This document shows positions 1 to 11,078 of a DNA stretch of 64,000 bases, in pieces. Under the pieces are notes generated by a model that saw only the letters and a list, made by a program, of their open reading frames with translations, did no database searches and was not told the origin of the DNA. Every line of letters starts with the position of its first letter. Within the stretch, counting starts at the first letter, position 1. Made by a program: the position numbers and the translations under genes. Source of the stretch: an uncultured Gammaproteobacteria bacterium (GTDB lineage: Bacteria; Patescibacteriota; Microgenomatia; Levybacterales; UBA12049); the NCBI GenBank assembly GCA_964515545.1, contig CAZERI010000002.1:57612-121611 (forward strand). The letters run 5' to 3'.

Positions 1-2571
1 TGCCTCAAGGGGAGTCATGTTGGCGACATCGAGACTTTCTAGTTCTTTGTGGAGAAGTTTGTCAGCTAAGGAGTTGTCCTCAATAAGAGGAAGCGGAGAG
101 AGTTCTTGGTAGATTTTCCCTTTTTCTGTTACATCACGATATTCTAGAGTCTGTAGCATCTCATTAGCTTTAGTGATTACTATCTCAGGTACTCCTGCCA
201 GTCGAGCTACAGCCACACCAAAGCTATGCGATGCCCCGCCAGGCAGAATAGTGTGGAGAAAGATAGGTGAGCCTTTGTCGTCAGTAACAGCCATATGAAA
301 ATTCTTAATTTGTTTTGGATACTCTTGTTCCAGCTTTTGCAGTTCATGGTAGTGAGTAGCAAATAGGACTTTAGGTGATGGTTTAATACTTCTGACTAAG
401 TATTCTGCTACAGCCCAAGCAATAGAGATACCATCATAGGTACTAGTACCTCGGCCTATCTCATCCATTACGATGAGAGAGTTTTTTGTAGCATTGTGGA
501 GGATATGGGCTGTCTCTACCATCTCTACCATAAAGGTAGAAAGACCTGAGGTAATGACGTCTGAAGCTCCTGATCTGACGAAGATACGGTCACAGATACT
601 GATATATGCGGATTCTGCTGGGACAAAACATCCCATTTGAGCCAGGAGGGTGATAAGTGCTACTTGTCTGATAAAGACTGATTTACCAGCCATATTAGGT
701 CCTGTTATCAAAAGGAGTGACTGCGAGACATTATCAAGTGTTATATCATTGGGGACGAAAGCTTCTTCGACGAGCTGTTCGACAACTGGATGTCTACCTT
801 GTTTAATCCTTATTTCACCTGAATAGAGAAGCTTAGGGCGGATATATCTTCTTTTTTCTGAAATGACTGAAAAGCTTATTAAGCAGTCTATAAATGCAAT
901 ACTTTCAGCAGATTTTTGAATAATTTCTGTATCCTCAAGAATTTTATTTAAAACACCAGTATATATTTTATACTCAATATCATTTATTTTATCTTCTGCG
1001 GACAGGATAATTTCCTCATGTTCTTTAAGCTCGTGAGTGGTGAAGCGTTCTCCATTAACAAGCGTTTGTTTTCTATCGTAATTCTTGGGGACCAAGTGAA
1101 GATAGGATTTGGATACTTCGATATAAAATCCAAAGACTTTATTAAACCGTACTTTAAGAGAGGTGATGCCAGTCCGTTCTTTTTCTGTTTTTTCAAACTC
1201 TGTAATCCATTCTTTACTTTTGTTGATGCGGTTTTTTAGTCTGTCCAGTTCAGTATCGACTCCTGATCTGATCATGCGACCCTCACGAGTTGTAATAGGT
1301 GGTTCATCTACAATGTATGTCTCAATGCAGCTGATTATTTTTTGAAGATCAGGTGAGAAGTTTTTGGCCTCAGCCGTTAGAAGAAGAGATTTTTCTAGTG
1401 TTTTTACTATTTTTTTAATTTCCAGAATTGTCAGCAGTGCTTGTTTGAGGTTGATAAGGTCTCGTGCATTGCCAAGATTGACTGATAGCCGTGAGAGAAG
1501 GCGTTCGATATCGGGTATCTGCTCAAGGTGAGAAAGGATTTCGGACCTTTTATTGGATTGATTTCCCAATACTTCCACAGCATCATATCTATCCTCTATC
1601 TCTTTTTTATCAATCAATGGCTTCTTCAGCCATTGCTTTAAAAGCCTCCCTCCCATCGCAGTGGTAGTCTGATCAATGATCGAGAGAAGTGATCCTCGAG
1701 TATCATGTTCACGGATCGTTGAGAATAGCTCAAGGTTGATCATCGTAGACCGATCAAGGATCAACCCATCATCTTTTTTATAAGGAGAAATTTTTTTGAT
1801 ATGTCCAATTTCCCCTTTTTGTGTTTCTTTTAGATAGTCTAGGAGTGCAGCAGCAGACTGGAGCCCAGGAGTTGTGATAGCTAGTCCAAATCCTTCTAAG
1901 GTCTTTAGGCCAAAATGTCTCGTTAAGTACTTTTTAGCATCGGTTCCTGATGCAGGGAAAGTTTTAGCAGGATATATGTTCATAGTACGGATTCCTCGAA
2001 GTTGTTTTAAAAAATCAGTATCGTTATAGAGGTCTTCCGGGAGTATACATTCAGAAGGCTGTAGACGGGCTAGTTCCTCTAGGAGATTTTTTTCAAGTGA
2101 CTCCATTTCCTGTTCTGAGACTGTAAAGTATCCTGTTGATAGATCAGCTACACTGAAAGCCACTTTGGTCTCATCAGCAATAACGCTGACAATAAAGTTA
2201 TTTGCCTTTTTATCAAGACTATTTTCATCAAGAAGAGTCCCGGGAGTGACTATGCGGACCACGTCACGATCTACAAGCCCTTTTTTGTTGGGAGGAGAAA
2301 GCTGTTCACAGATCGCTACTTTATATCCCGCTTTCACAAGCTTTGCTATATAAGTATCCACTGCATGATAGGGAATTCCAGCCATGGGAATTCTTCCATC
2401 TTTACCTCCTGCTTTTCCGGTAAGTGTGATATTTAGGATAGAAGCCCCGATATGAGCATCCTCATTAAAAAGCTCATAAAAATCTCCCATACGGTAAAAA
2501 AGGAGACAATCAGGATACTGTTCTTTAATCGAACGATATTGTCGCATCATGGGAGTGGAGAATTCTGCCAT
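1..2571 (-). CDS. mutS: DNA mismatch repair protein MutS (partial; C-terminus runs off window start)
   Basis: Minus-strand frame from the ATG at complement 2569-2571 reads MAEFSTPMMRQYRSIKEQYPDCLLFYRMGDFYELFNEDA, the canonical MutS domain I. The frame stays open to position 1 (last codons ...DVANMTPLEA). It is absent from the ORF track only because no stop lies inside the window. Confidence 0.85.
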   Translation of the reverse strand, partial: MAEFSTPMMRQYRSIKEQYPDCLLFYRMGDFYELFNEDAHIGASILNITLTGKAGGKDGRIPMAGIPYHAVDTYIAKLVKAGYKVAICEQLSPPNKKGLVDRDVVRIVTPGTLLDENSLDKKANNFIVSVIADETKVAFSVADLSTGYFTVSEQEMESLEKNLLEELARLQPSECILPEDLYNDTDFLKQLRGIRTMNIYPAKTFPASGTDAKKYLTRHFGLKTLEGFGLAITTPGLQSAAALLDYLKETQKGEIGHIKKISPYKKDDGLILDRSTMINLELFSTIREHDTRGSLLSIIDQTTTAMGGRLLKQWLKKPLIDKKEIEDRYDAVEVLGNQSNKRSEILSHLEQIPDIERLLSRLSVNLGNARDLINLKQALLTILEIKKIVKTLEKSLLLTAEAKNFSPDLQKIISCIETYIVDEPPITTREGRMIRSGVDTELDRLKNRINKSKEWITEFEKTEKERTGITSLKVRFNKVFGFYIEVSKSYLHLVPKNYDRKQTLVNGERFTTHELKEHEEIILSAEDKINDIEYKIYTGVLNKILEDTEIIQKSAESIAFIDCLISFSVISEKRRYIRPKLLYSGEIRIKQGRHPVVEQLVEEAFVPNDITLDNVSQSLLLITGPNMAGKSVFIRQVALITLLAQMGCFVPAESAYISICDRIFVRSGASDVITSGLSTFMVEMVETAHILHNATKNSLIVMDEIGRGTSTYDGISIAWAVAEYLVRSIKPSPKVLFATHYHELQKLEQEYPKQIKNFHMAVTDDKGSPIFLHTILPGGASHSFGVAVARLAGVPEIVITKANEMLQTLEYRDVTEKGKIYQELSPLPLIEDNSLADKLLHKELESLDVANMTPLEA

Positions 2572-2741
2572 ACCACTTACTATATCTATGAGAGTAGCAA
2601 GGGTCAAGGGCAAGTGTTTTTGTTTTAAAAGTCTTTTATATTAATGAATACATATTACCCTCAAATTAGCTTTGATTTATTATCATATATTGGGTGGGAT
2701 TTGCATTTTTTGCGTATTTTTGGTATCCTTGAAACTTCGTA

Positions 2742-3626
2742 ATGCGACAAAGCGCACATAGTCTACGCTTGGCCGTGTCCCTCCTGCTCGGGGCAGTGTT
2801 TGTAGCTACTCCTATGGCAAACACCGCATTTGCCTCAGGCTCAGATCCCCTTTTAACTGCAGATTCTCTCACTCAGCCCGCTAATCAAACTCCATGTAAA
2901 AATATCCTTTCTAATTCATTATTAGGGATGAGTTCAGCCTTAGTTCCTTCTCAATTTGAACGCATTGATACTACTGCACTTAATAGATTAGTTATTACAG
3001 CTCCTAAGAATGCGCTCCCTGGCTCTCTTATGTCTGTCCAGACAGTACTTAAGAAAGCTACAGAAGATGATTTAGACTCAGATATTGTAGTGACACCTAG
3101 TCCAGCACCATCAATCTCGGTTATGCCAAGCGCACCTGTCTCCTCCCAAGGGATAACTCCTAATACTACTGGTTCAGTTCTGAATGCAGATGTTCTTTTT
3201 GGTCTTGTCAATGCTGCTCGTGCTCAGTATGGATTGCCTGCTTTTCAAAAAAATGATCAGCTATGTGCTGTGGCTAGCTCTCGCGCTCCTGAAATAGATG
3301 GTGAGATCTGGGTAACTCATACGATGCATGCTGGATTTTATGGCCGAAATCTTCCTTTTTGGGCGACAGAGAATCTTATTAGTATGGGTTCTGAGCAGGC
3401 AGCACTTAATTGGTGGCTTAATTCTCCAGTCCACCGCGCTGCAGTACTCGGGAGTTGGCAATATGCCTGTGTAGCCTGCGCTGGACGAAGCTGCAGTATG
3501 ATTTTTAGTAATTTAGAGCCAAAATATGGAGTCAGTCAGCCTGTACAACAGGCAACTCCTACTCCAACTCAAGCTGCAGGAAGCTCCTCGGTACCAACGG
3601 TCACTACTACCCTTCCAACTCAGTAA
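2742..3626 (+). CDS. Secreted CAP/SCP (PR-1-like, YkwD-type) domain protein
   Basis: N-terminal signal peptide. The C-terminal part reads VNAARAQYGLPAF...HTMHAGFYG...ENLI...ALNWWLNSPVHRAAVLG, which matches the CAP-domain signature. Confidence 0.6.
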   Translation: MRQSAHSLRLAVSLLLGAVFVATPMANTAFASGSDPLLTADSLTQPANQTPCKNILSNSLLGMSSALVPSQFERIDTTALNRLVITAPKNALPGSLMSVQTVLKKATEDDLDSDIVVTPSPAPSISVMPSAPVSSQGITPNTTGSVLNADVLFGLVNAARAQYGLPAFQKNDQLCAVASSRAPEIDGEIWVTHTMHAGFYGRNLPFWATENLISMGSEQAALNWWLNSPVHRAAVLGSWQYACVACAGRSCSMIFSNLEPKYGVSQPVQQATPTPTQAAGSSSVPTVTTTLPTQ

Positions 3627-4201
3627 AGAGAAATAAGAGAACCAACTATCTTTTTTTGGGAAATAAATCCATATCCTCTACTATCTAAACTAAAAGGTCT
3701 ATTATCTCCTAGGACAAAGTAGGCTCCTTGAGGAATGACTACCTCCTGTCCCTCCGCTAAAAAATCACTTCCATAGGTCTTAATTCCAAAAGGAAGATAA
3801 CTCTCTGATAATTCTCGTCTATTTATATAGACCTTTCCATTATTTACCATAATTTTCTCTCCAGGAAGACCGACGATTCGCGCAAAATAGGTTCGATCAG
3901 ACTCTCTTTTAAAGAGGATGATTGTTCCTCGCTGCTGTGGTACAAAACGAGAAGGTAGGTTGACGAAGAGGAGTTGATTTTCTTTTATCGTAGGAAGCAT
4001 GGATCTCCCTACAGCATGAAAAGGGCGAATAAAAAAGAGCCAGAGAATGATGTAAAGAATAACTAAGATGAAAGGTATTGTGATAAGAATTTTGAGCCAT
4101 TTTTTCCATGTCGTTCCAAGCCACATGACTAAGAGGCCCAGGGGATAGAAGAGGATAATCAGAATAATAATGAGGATTGTTTTCAGCTTTTTGCTCATCA
4201 A
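3620..4201 (-). CDS. lepB: Signal peptidase I (S26)
   Basis: N-terminal TM segment, SM(L)PT box (GRSMLPTIKENQL) and GDNRPFSLDSRGYGFI box typical of LepB. Confidence 0.8.
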   Translation of the reverse strand: MMSKKLKTILIIILIILFYPLGLLVMWLGTTWKKWLKILITIPFILVILYIILWLFFIRPFHAVGRSMLPTIKENQLLFVNLPSRFVPQQRGTIILFKRESDRTYFARIVGLPGEKIMVNNGKVYINRRELSESYLPFGIKTYGSDFLAEGQEVVIPQGAYFVLGDNRPFSLDSRGYGFISQKKIVGSLISLY

Positions 4202-4237
4202 TTCATTATTGTTTGAGGCAGGAGCATTGTCAACATA

Positions 4238-4246
4238 TGGTAGAAT
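4238..4246 (+). promoter_or_regulatory. Extended -10 (TGGTAGAAT) 9 nt upstream of the rarA ATG; near-leaderless start
   Basis: Motif read directly from the sequence; no SD lies between it and the ATG at 4256. Confidence 0.35.
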
Positions 4247-4255
4247 CGATGGACG

Positions 4256-5461
4256 ATGAACTTAGCAGCACGGATGCGCCCACAGACTCTCGCTGAATAC
4301 GTCGGTCAGGAAGAGTTAGTAGGACAGGGTAAATTAATAAGGCGGATGATTGAGTCTGATCAATTATTCTCTATTATCCTTTGGGGCCCCCCGGGAAGCG
4401 GTAAGACTACACTAGCTTCAATCATTGCACATGAGACTGATTCGAGTTTTTATACACTCTCTGCAGTAAGTACAGGCAAAGAAGATCTCCAAAAGATTAT
4501 CAAAGAAGCAAAAGATGAGACTCTTTTTAAGAAGAAGACAATCTTGTTTATTGATGAAATTCATAGATGGAATAAAGCTCAGCAGGATGTGCTGCTTCCG
4601 TATGTTGAGTCAGGTCTGATAACACTAATTGGAGCTACTACCGAAAATCCTTCTTTTGAGGTTAACAGTGCTTTACTTTCAAGAAGTAAAGTTTTTGTAC
4701 TCAAATCATTATCAGTCCAAGATCTGCACACAATTATTACTCGTACTCTTAAAGATACGGACAAGGGTCTTGGAGATTATAAAAAGACTATCAAAAAAGA
4801 TGCAGAAGAGTTATTAATTCGTTTATCGGGTGGAGATGCTCGTGTTGTTTTAAATGCTTTAGAAATGGCTGCAGCTAGTTTTACAGATAAGATTATTACT
4901 GCAGCTGTTATTCAAGAGATTTTTCAGACAAGAACAGCAGGTCTGTATGATAAAAAAGCTGACGAGCATTACAATATTATTTCTGCTTTTATTAAGTCGA
5001 TGCGCGGATCAGATCCTGATGCAGCTCTTTATTATTTGATGCGTATGCTTGAGAATGGGGAAGATCCTAAATTTATTGCCCGTCGTATGATCATATTTGC
5101 CTCGGAGGACATCGGACTTTCTGATCGGGGAGCACTCATTCAGGCTAATGCAGGTTTTGAAGCAGTTACTAAGATCGGTATGCCCGAGGCCCAATTAATC
5201 CTGGCACATATCTGCCTCTATCTTTCAACCGCTAAAAAGTCGCGAAGTGTTCCAAATGCCATGGGACGTGCGAAGGAGGCAGTCTATCAATTTCCAAATG
5301 AACCAGTGCCTCTCCATTTACGAAACGCCCCGACGAAATTGATGAAGGAGTTAGGCTATGGGCAAAATTATGAATGGAGTGAAGAAAAAGTTGGTCCCAA
5401 GGATCAAAAGCTAGGGTTTCTTCCAGAGAATTTAAAAGACAAAAAATTTTTTGAGGAATAA
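4256..5461 (+). CDS. rarA: Replication-associated recombination protein A (AAA+ ATPase RarA/MgsA)
   Basis: MNLAARMRPQTLAEYVGQEEL... plus Walker A GPPGSGKTTLA and the RarA C-terminal helical domain. Confidence 0.9.
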   Translation: MNLAARMRPQTLAEYVGQEELVGQGKLIRRMIESDQLFSIILWGPPGSGKTTLASIIAHETDSSFYTLSAVSTGKEDLQKIIKEAKDETLFKKKTILFIDEIHRWNKAQQDVLLPYVESGLITLIGATTENPSFEVNSALLSRSKVFVLKSLSVQDLHTIITRTLKDTDKGLGDYKKTIKKDAEELLIRLSGGDARVVLNALEMAAASFTDKIITAAVIQEIFQTRTAGLYDKKADEHYNIISAFIKSMRGSDPDAALYYLMRMLENGEDPKFIARRMIIFASEDIGLSDRGALIQANAGFEAVTKIGMPEAQLILAHICLYLSTAKKSRSVPNAMGRAKEAVYQFPNEPVPLHLRNAPTKLMKELGYGQNYEWSEEKVGPKDQKLGFLPENLKDKKFFEE

Positions 5462-6094
5462 CTAGTCCCCAAGATGAGCGTAGTCATTAAAAGTGCGCAT
5501 TGACCAGTTATTTCCTTTATACTCAGCAACTGTTATTCCAGTATTGGTTGTTTTTGCATTACTATAGAAAGCCTGGAATACATGAGAGTCAAAATCATCA
5601 CCAAAGATAATAGTAAGTAGCACCATTTTAAGAAAAGCTCCATGAGTGACAACTGCCACATTTTTTACATTTTCCTCAGAGACATCTTCTAGAAAATCTA
5701 AAAATTTTCTTGCTCTTTTTTTAATATCGAAGAAGTTCTCCTCATCTGAGTAATGCCAGCCGGAATCATCTAATTTATGCTCAATAAGATCCGTAATTTT
5801 TTTAGTATGTTCATCTGCATAACTTTTCCCAAGTATTTCAGAGGGTCTTTTCCTCTCACGTATTAGTTCCGAGAAGATGAGAGGTTTATTAATACTTTTT
5901 TGTATCGCTTGAGCAGTCTGTTTTGCTCTCATTAAATCACTCGAGTAGATCCTTTCAACTGGGATTGATAAAAATCTTTTTGCTACAAATTCAGCCTGCT
6001 GCTCACCTAAGGGAGAGAGTGGTGTCGTAGGCAGCTGATGAGTATCTGTTGCGTTAAATATACTTTGGCCGTGGCGGACGAAATAAACATTCAT
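5462..6094 (-). CDS. Histidine phosphatase family protein (phosphoglycerate mutase-like)
   Basis: N-terminal VRHGQS catalytic-His motif of the His-phosphatase superfamily; 210 aa. Confidence 0.7.
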   Translation of the reverse strand: MNVYFVRHGQSIFNATDTHQLPTTPLSPLGEQQAEFVAKRFLSIPVERIYSSDLMRAKQTAQAIQKSINKPLIFSELIRERKRPSEILGKSYADEHTKKITDLIEHKLDDSGWHYSDEENFFDIKKRARKFLDFLEDVSEENVKNVAVVTHGAFLKMVLLTIIFGDDFDSHVFQAFYSNAKTTNTGITVAEYKGNNWSMRTFNDYAHLGD

Positions 6095-6717
6095 TAATGT
6101 AAATTGTCTGATTTACGAATCTCTTTATGGATGATTTTGCCATCCTTATCGAGCTGGTAGAGATAAATCTCACCAGTGGCAATTTCAAGAGAAGGGATGA
6201 TGGTATCGGGGACATTTTCTAAGTGCTTTACCAGCGCTCGAAGACTATTGCCATGGGCAACGACGATGACATTTTTATCAGCCTTGATATAAGGGAGGAT
6301 AGTTGATTTATAGTAGGGAATAAGACGATCATAGACATCTTGTAACGATTCACCATGAGGAGGCGGAGTATCCCACCCTCGTCTCCATTTTAAAAATTGT
6401 TCATCTCCATATTCTTTTTGGATTTCAAATTTATCTCTGCCTGTGAGATCGCCATAATCCCGTTCGTTAAGAGCGGGGTCTGAGAAAGTCGGGATATTTC
6501 CTTCATGGAGCTGAGACTGGATGATGTTCCAGGTCTCTTTAGCACGGGTAAGAACTGAGGTAAAAGCGACGTCGAAATGGATATCTTTGAGATGCTCTCC
6601 TGCAGACTCTGCCTCTTTGGCGCCAATCTCTGTGAGACCAATGTCTGTAAGACCAGTCCACCAATTTTTAGCGTTCCATTCAGATTGTCCGTGTCTAACG
6701 AGTGCGAGATAAGACAT
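6094..6717 (-). CDS. 2,3-bisphosphoglycerate-dependent phosphoglycerate mutase-like (short GpmA-type)
   Basis: LALVRHGQSEWN motif (dPGM signature LVRHG[EQ]SEWN). Adjacent to eno and overlaps the next gene by 1 nt. Confidence 0.7.
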   Translation of the reverse strand: MSYLALVRHGQSEWNAKNWWTGLTDIGLTEIGAKEAESAGEHLKDIHFDVAFTSVLTRAKETWNIIQSQLHEGNIPTFSDPALNERDYGDLTGRDKFEIQKEYGDEQFLKWRRGWDTPPPHGESLQDVYDRLIPYYKSTILPYIKADKNVIVVAHGNSLRALVKHLENVPDTIIPSLEIATGEIYLYQLDKDGKIIHKEIRKSDNLH

Positions 6718-6737
6718 AATTAAAAGTTATGATAACG

Positions 6738-8024
6738 TTATTTTAGTAATGCGTTTTTACCGGCAAAGAGGGCTGAGTCGCCTAACCATTCTTCAATTCT
6801 TAAAAGACGATTGTATTTCGCAGTTCGTTCGCTTCGTGAAAGAGAGCCAGTCTTAATCTGTCCAGTCCCAAGTCCTACTGCAAGATCTGCGATAGTCGTA
6901 TCCTCTGTCTCTCCTGAGCGGTGCGAGATGATAGCGTGCCAGCCTGCATTTTGTGCTGTCTGGACTGCTTTTATAGTCTCAGTAAGTGTGCCTATCTGGT
7001 TAAGCTTTATTAGCGCTGCATTGGCTTCTTTTTCAGTAATTCCTTTTTCAATACGCTTTGGATCTGTTACAAAGAGATCATCTCCCACCAGCTGCATTTC
7101 ATTTCCTATAAGTGCTGTCAATTTTTTCCAGCCTTCATAGTCATCTTCTGCTAATCCGTCTTCAATACTAACAATAGGGTAATCGCGTCCTAACTGGATG
7201 AGCCAGGCGATGAATTCATCGGATGATAGGTTTTTGTTCTCGGTAGAGAGGACATATTTATCATCACTCACTAGTTCACTGGCAGCGACATCGAGTGCGA
7301 GGACTATATCTTTTTCCAGTTCATAGCCGGAGCGTTCGATAGCGTGGATAATAAGGTCTAATGCTTCTTTATTACCTGCTTTAACATGAGGAGCATATCC
7401 CCCTTCATCGCCAACTGTTGTTGTGTAGTTTTTATCACTAAGAACTTTTCCTAAGGTATGAAAAACATTTGCTCCCATCTCAAGCGCATGAGAGAATGAT
7501 GCAGCTCCTGTAGGCATGATCATAAACTCCTGGATATCAGTGGATCCTGCAGCGTGTTTACCGCCATTGATGATGTTCATCATAGGAACAGGCAGAAGCA
7601 TCTTGTCTGTTCCATTAAGTCTTTGGAAGTACTCAAAGAGTTTTATCTTTTGGGATTTGGAGGCAGCCTTAGCAACCGCAAGAGAGACGGCTAAGATTGC
7701 GTTGGCTCCTAATTTACTTTTATTATCAGTTCCGTCGAGATCGATCATAGTTTTATCAATCTCAGACTGATTCTCTGCATCCTTACCAATAAGAGCCTGG
7801 GCTATCTCACCTTTTACATGCTCAACTGCTTTAAGAACACTTTTCCCCTGATACATTGATGCATCATTATCCCGTAGTTCAACTGCTTCGTGAGTACCTG
7901 TTGATGCACCGGAGGGGACAGAGGCTCTAGCCCGCGTACCATCTTCAAGGAGGACGCCAGCTTCGACTGTAGGATTACCTCGAGAGTCAAGGATCTGTCT
8001 GGCGTTAAGAGATGTGATCTTCAT
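6738..8024 (-). CDS. eno: Enolase
   Basis: [24 protein letters not shown]... and enolase core motifs. The track ORF is extended 19 codons upstream of the likely start at MKITSL (complement ATG 8022-8024). Confidence 0.95.
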   Translation of the reverse strand: MKITSLNARQILDSRGNPTVEAGVLLEDGTRARASVPSGASTGTHEAVELRDNDASMYQGKSVLKAVEHVKGEIAQALIGKDAENQSEIDKTMIDLDGTDNKSKLGANAILAVSLAVAKAASKSQKIKLFEYFQRLNGTDKMLLPVPMMNIINGGKHAAGSTDIQEFMIMPTGAASFSHALEMGANVFHTLGKVLSDKNYTTTVGDEGGYAPHVKAGNKEALDLIIHAIERSGYELEKDIVLALDVAASELVSDDKYVLSTENKNLSSDEFIAWLIQLGRDYPIVSIEDGLAEDDYEGWKKLTALIGNEMQLVGDDLFVTDPKRIEKGITEKEANAALIKLNQIGTLTETIKAVQTAQNAGWHAIISHRSGETEDTTIADLAVGLGTGQIKTGSLSRSERTAKYNRLLRIEEWLGDSALFAGKNALLK

Positions 8025-8269
8025 CTGTGAACTATTATACTGAGCCTGTACGAAATAACAAGATGAGAGTTGTGTTATCAAGCAAAAAGGGTTATAATGG
8101 ATAAATAATATAGGACTCTGCTAGAGGTTTTAGGCGGAGTTTTCGTATTCCATAATTAATACAAAATAGTATACGACCCTCCGATAAGCGCTCTTTGAGC
8201 CGTCTTCGAATAGAAGTGGAAAGGCGAAAAGTAAGCTAGGGGGGTTTATTGATTTAAGGAACCTAATCT

Positions 8270-10087
8270 ATGAATAATATTAGAAATGTAGCAATCATCG
8301 CCCATGTAGACCATGGTAAGACAACTCTTGTTGACGCTTTACTTCGTCAATCCAAGACTGAATTAGATAAAGATCTTCAAGGATCAGATCTGATCATGGA
8401 TAATAATGAACTCGAGCGTGAACGCGGTATTACTATTTTTAGTAAGAACGCTTCAGTTAACTGGCAGGGAACCAAAATTAATATTATTGACACTCCTGGA
8501 CACGCAGATTTTGGTGGAGAGGTTGAGCGAGTTTTGAGTATGGCTGATGGGTGTCTGCTGCTGGTAGATGCGAAAGAAGGACCTATGCCTCAGACGAGAT
8601 TTGTGCTTCGTCAGGCCTTGGCAAAAAAGCTTCGTATTATTGTGGTTGTTAATAAAATTGATAGACCGGATGCGCGGATTCATCATGTTCTCGATAAGAC
8701 GCTTGATCTATTTCTAGAGCTGGGAGCTAGTGATGAGATAGCTGACTTCCCCATAATCTATGCGTCAGGTAAAGAAGGAAAAGCTGGTCTTGAGCCAGAT
8801 TTAGCGACCATGACTGATATCTCGCCTGTCTTTGATGCAATTTTAGAGCATGTTCCAGCTCCCACAGGAGACTCTACAAAACCTCTCCAGATGCTCGTTA
8901 CTACCCTTGCCAGTGATAATTTTAAAGGCCGTATTGCCATCGGGCGTATCTACAACGGTACGATAAAAATGGGTCAGGATATCATGCACATTAATCGTGC
9001 AGGTGAGATGAAAAAATATCGGCTGGTTAGTCTTATGACATTTGTGGGTTTAAATCGTGTTGATACAAAAGAGGCAGAAGCAGGAGATATCGTCGCAGTG
9101 TCGGGAATTCCAGAGATTACGATCGGGGAGACGATTGCTAGTGCGGAGAGTCCTGAAGCACTTCCTCTGTTAGACATTGAAGAGCCGACAGTAAAGATGA
9201 CATTTGGCGTCAATACTTCTCCTTTTGCAGGGCAGGAAGGCGAATTTAAGACATCGCGTCAGATAAGAGAGAGACTCTATAAAGAGCTAGAGACAGATAT
9301 GGCACTTCGTGTTGAAGACTTACCAACTGGAGAGTGGAATGTCAGTGGACGCGGAGAGCTGCATTTAGCTATTTTAATTGAACGATTACGCCGGGAAGGC
9401 TATGAATTTCAGGTAAGCCGTCCTCATGTTATTGAAAAGGTTGTAGATGGTTCTAAAATGACACCATATGAACAATTATTTTTGGAGGTCCCCCAAGACT
9501 ATTCTGGAGTTGTCATGCAAAAACTAGGTGAGAGACGAGGAGAGCTTAAAGACATGCAGTCAGGAGATAATGGCATTACTTCTTTTGAATTTATTATCGC
9601 TACTAAAGATCTCTTTGGATATCGGTCTGAATTTATTACAGATACCAAGGGGCTTGGTATTATGAATGTATCTTTCGATTCCTATAAACCTGATAGTGGT
9701 GATTCATTAAAACGCGATCGAGGTTCGCTCGTCGCCTTTGAAAGCGGAGTTACTACTCTTTACGGACTAACTGGTATCCAAGATAGGGGAGAGCTTTTCA
9801 TCGGTCCTGCTACGCAGGTCTATAAGGGGCAAGTCGTAGGCCAGCATAGTCGTCCTGAAGATTTGAGAGTCAATGTCTGTAAACAAAAACAGCTTTCTAA
9901 TATGCGCTCAAAAGGTGAAGGAACAATGGAGCATTTCAATGTTCCTCATGTTATGGATCTTGAAGATGCCCTGGAATATATCGGAGATGATGAGCTTGTC
10001 GAAGTTACTCCAAAATCAGTCAGAATGAGAAAAAAGATTTTAGATGAGGTTGAAGAACGTCGCAGAAGAGCTCAAGGATTATTATAA
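8270..10087 (+). CDS. typA: Translational GTPase TypA/BipA
   Basis: [23 protein letters not shown]..., G1-G4 GTPase motifs, 605 aa with the BipA-specific C-terminal domain. Confidence 0.95.
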   Translation: MNNIRNVAIIAHVDHGKTTLVDALLRQSKTELDKDLQGSDLIMDNNELERERGITIFSKNASVNWQGTKINIIDTPGHADFGGEVERVLSMADGCLLLVDAKEGPMPQTRFVLRQALAKKLRIIVVVNKIDRPDARIHHVLDKTLDLFLELGASDEIADFPIIYASGKEGKAGLEPDLATMTDISPVFDAILEHVPAPTGDSTKPLQMLVTTLASDNFKGRIAIGRIYNGTIKMGQDIMHINRAGEMKKYRLVSLMTFVGLNRVDTKEAEAGDIVAVSGIPEITIGETIASAESPEALPLLDIEEPTVKMTFGVNTSPFAGQEGEFKTSRQIRERLYKELETDMALRVEDLPTGEWNVSGRGELHLAILIERLRREGYEFQVSRPHVIEKVVDGSKMTPYEQLFLEVPQDYSGVVMQKLGERRGELKDMQSGDNGITSFEFIIATKDLFGYRSEFITDTKGLGIMNVSFDSYKPDSGDSLKRDRGSLVAFESGVTTLYGLTGIQDRGELFIGPATQVYKGQVVGQHSRPEDLRVNVCKQKQLSNMRSKGEGTMEHFNVPHVMDLEDALEYIGDDELVEVTPKSVRMRKKILDEVEERRRRAQGLL

Positions 10088-10146
10088 CGTTTCTCCCTAT
10101 TTTTCCTCTTGCTTTCTTAAAACTTCATTGTGTATAGTAGTTACTT

Positions 10147-10647
10147 ATGGATGACGAAAAGATACAGGATGCTGAAGTCGTAGAAGACGCTCCTTTGAGT
10201 CAGGACTTTCCTGGCCTTGATGATGCAAATCCTGCAGGTGAAGGAACAGTCGGAGATGCAGCAGTTCTTCTGAACCTCTCTGAGATGATTAAGAACTATA
10301 TCCAAAGTATCGATAAGCTTCGTGAGGACAAGAAAAAACATCAGGAGATGTTTGAGGATGCATTTGTTAATAATCCTGTCTACCGTGAGAATGCTGAAAA
10401 AGCAAAGGAAGCATTAAAAGTAAAAGCAACTACCAGACAGCAGATCGCAAGTCAGCCTTCAGTTATTGCCTCAGCTCAGAAAATAAAAGATCTAGGAAGA
10501 GATCTTAAAGAGCGTCAGGCTGCCTTATCTGATTATCTTCTGGAGTATCAACGGCTTACAGGAGCTAATGAAATCGAAGATGCTGAGGGACAAATCAGAG
10601 AAATTATTAACTCTGCTAAGCTCATCAAGCGAACCGCCAAAAAATAG
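10147..10647 (+). CDS. Hypothetical acidic coiled-coil protein
   Basis: 166-aa ORF with an acidic N-terminus; I recognise no family. Confidence 0.45.
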   Translation: MDDEKIQDAEVVEDAPLSQDFPGLDDANPAGEGTVGDAAVLLNLSEMIKNYIQSIDKLREDKKKHQEMFEDAFVNNPVYRENAEKAKEALKVKATTRQQIASQPSVIASAQKIKDLGRDLKERQAALSDYLLEYQRLTGANEIEDAEGQIREIINSAKLIKRTAKK

Positions 10648-10838
10648 CTATCAGTTCTTAGGTCTTCGTTCCTAGGGTTTATTGTTATATTAATTCTCTG
10701 TTCCTAATTCCTACGAGCTATGATCTATTACCTTACTTTCAGCTGGGCTTCAGAAATTTCTTATATATTCCTTACACTACTCTACGTTATCTCTTAAGCT
10801 GAAGTACTAAGCTAAGGGAATCGAAAGGAGGTGACACT

Positions 10839-11024
10839 ATGGCTTCTAAAAACGGAAAATCTATGAGAGGTTTTGCCTCAATGTCCAGCGAAAAGCAGCG
10901 TCAGATCGCCAGCAAAGGAGGAAAAGCAGCTCATGCACGGGGAACTGCTCATGAATTCACTAGTGAAGAAGCACGTGTAGCGGGCCGAAAAGGTGGACAG
11001 CAAAGACAAAAGAAAAATAGATAG
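10839..11024 (+). CDS. KGG-repeat stress-induced protein (YciG/general-stress-like)
   Basis: 61 aa with repeated SKGGKA / GRKGGQQ KGG motifs and a strong SD (AAAGGAGGTGA) 7 nt upstream. Confidence 0.7.
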   Translation: MASKNGKSMRGFASMSSEKQRQIASKGGKAAHARGTAHEFTSEEARVAGRKGGQQRQKKNR

Positions 11025-11050
11025 CTGTCTCGCCACTACGATCAATAACT

Positions 11051-11078
11051 AAAAATACTTCGTATACGAAGTATTTTT
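11051..11078. terminator. Bidirectional rho-independent terminator between convergent genes
   Basis: AAAAATACTTCG-TATA-CGAAGTATTTTT: a perfect 12-bp stem with an A-run on one side and a T-run on the other. Confidence 0.8.

Noticed and set aside
984-1345. Track ORFs (984-1196 minus, 1018-1239 plus, 1163-1345 plus) and others at 2165-2353 and 2666-2872
   Set aside because: They lie inside or antisense to the long open mutS frame (ATG at 2571) in other frames; no motifs; shadow ORFs of an AT-rich sequence.
6811-7770. Plus-strand ORFs 6811-7140 and 7516-7770
   Set aside because: Antisense to enolase, whose identity is unambiguous.
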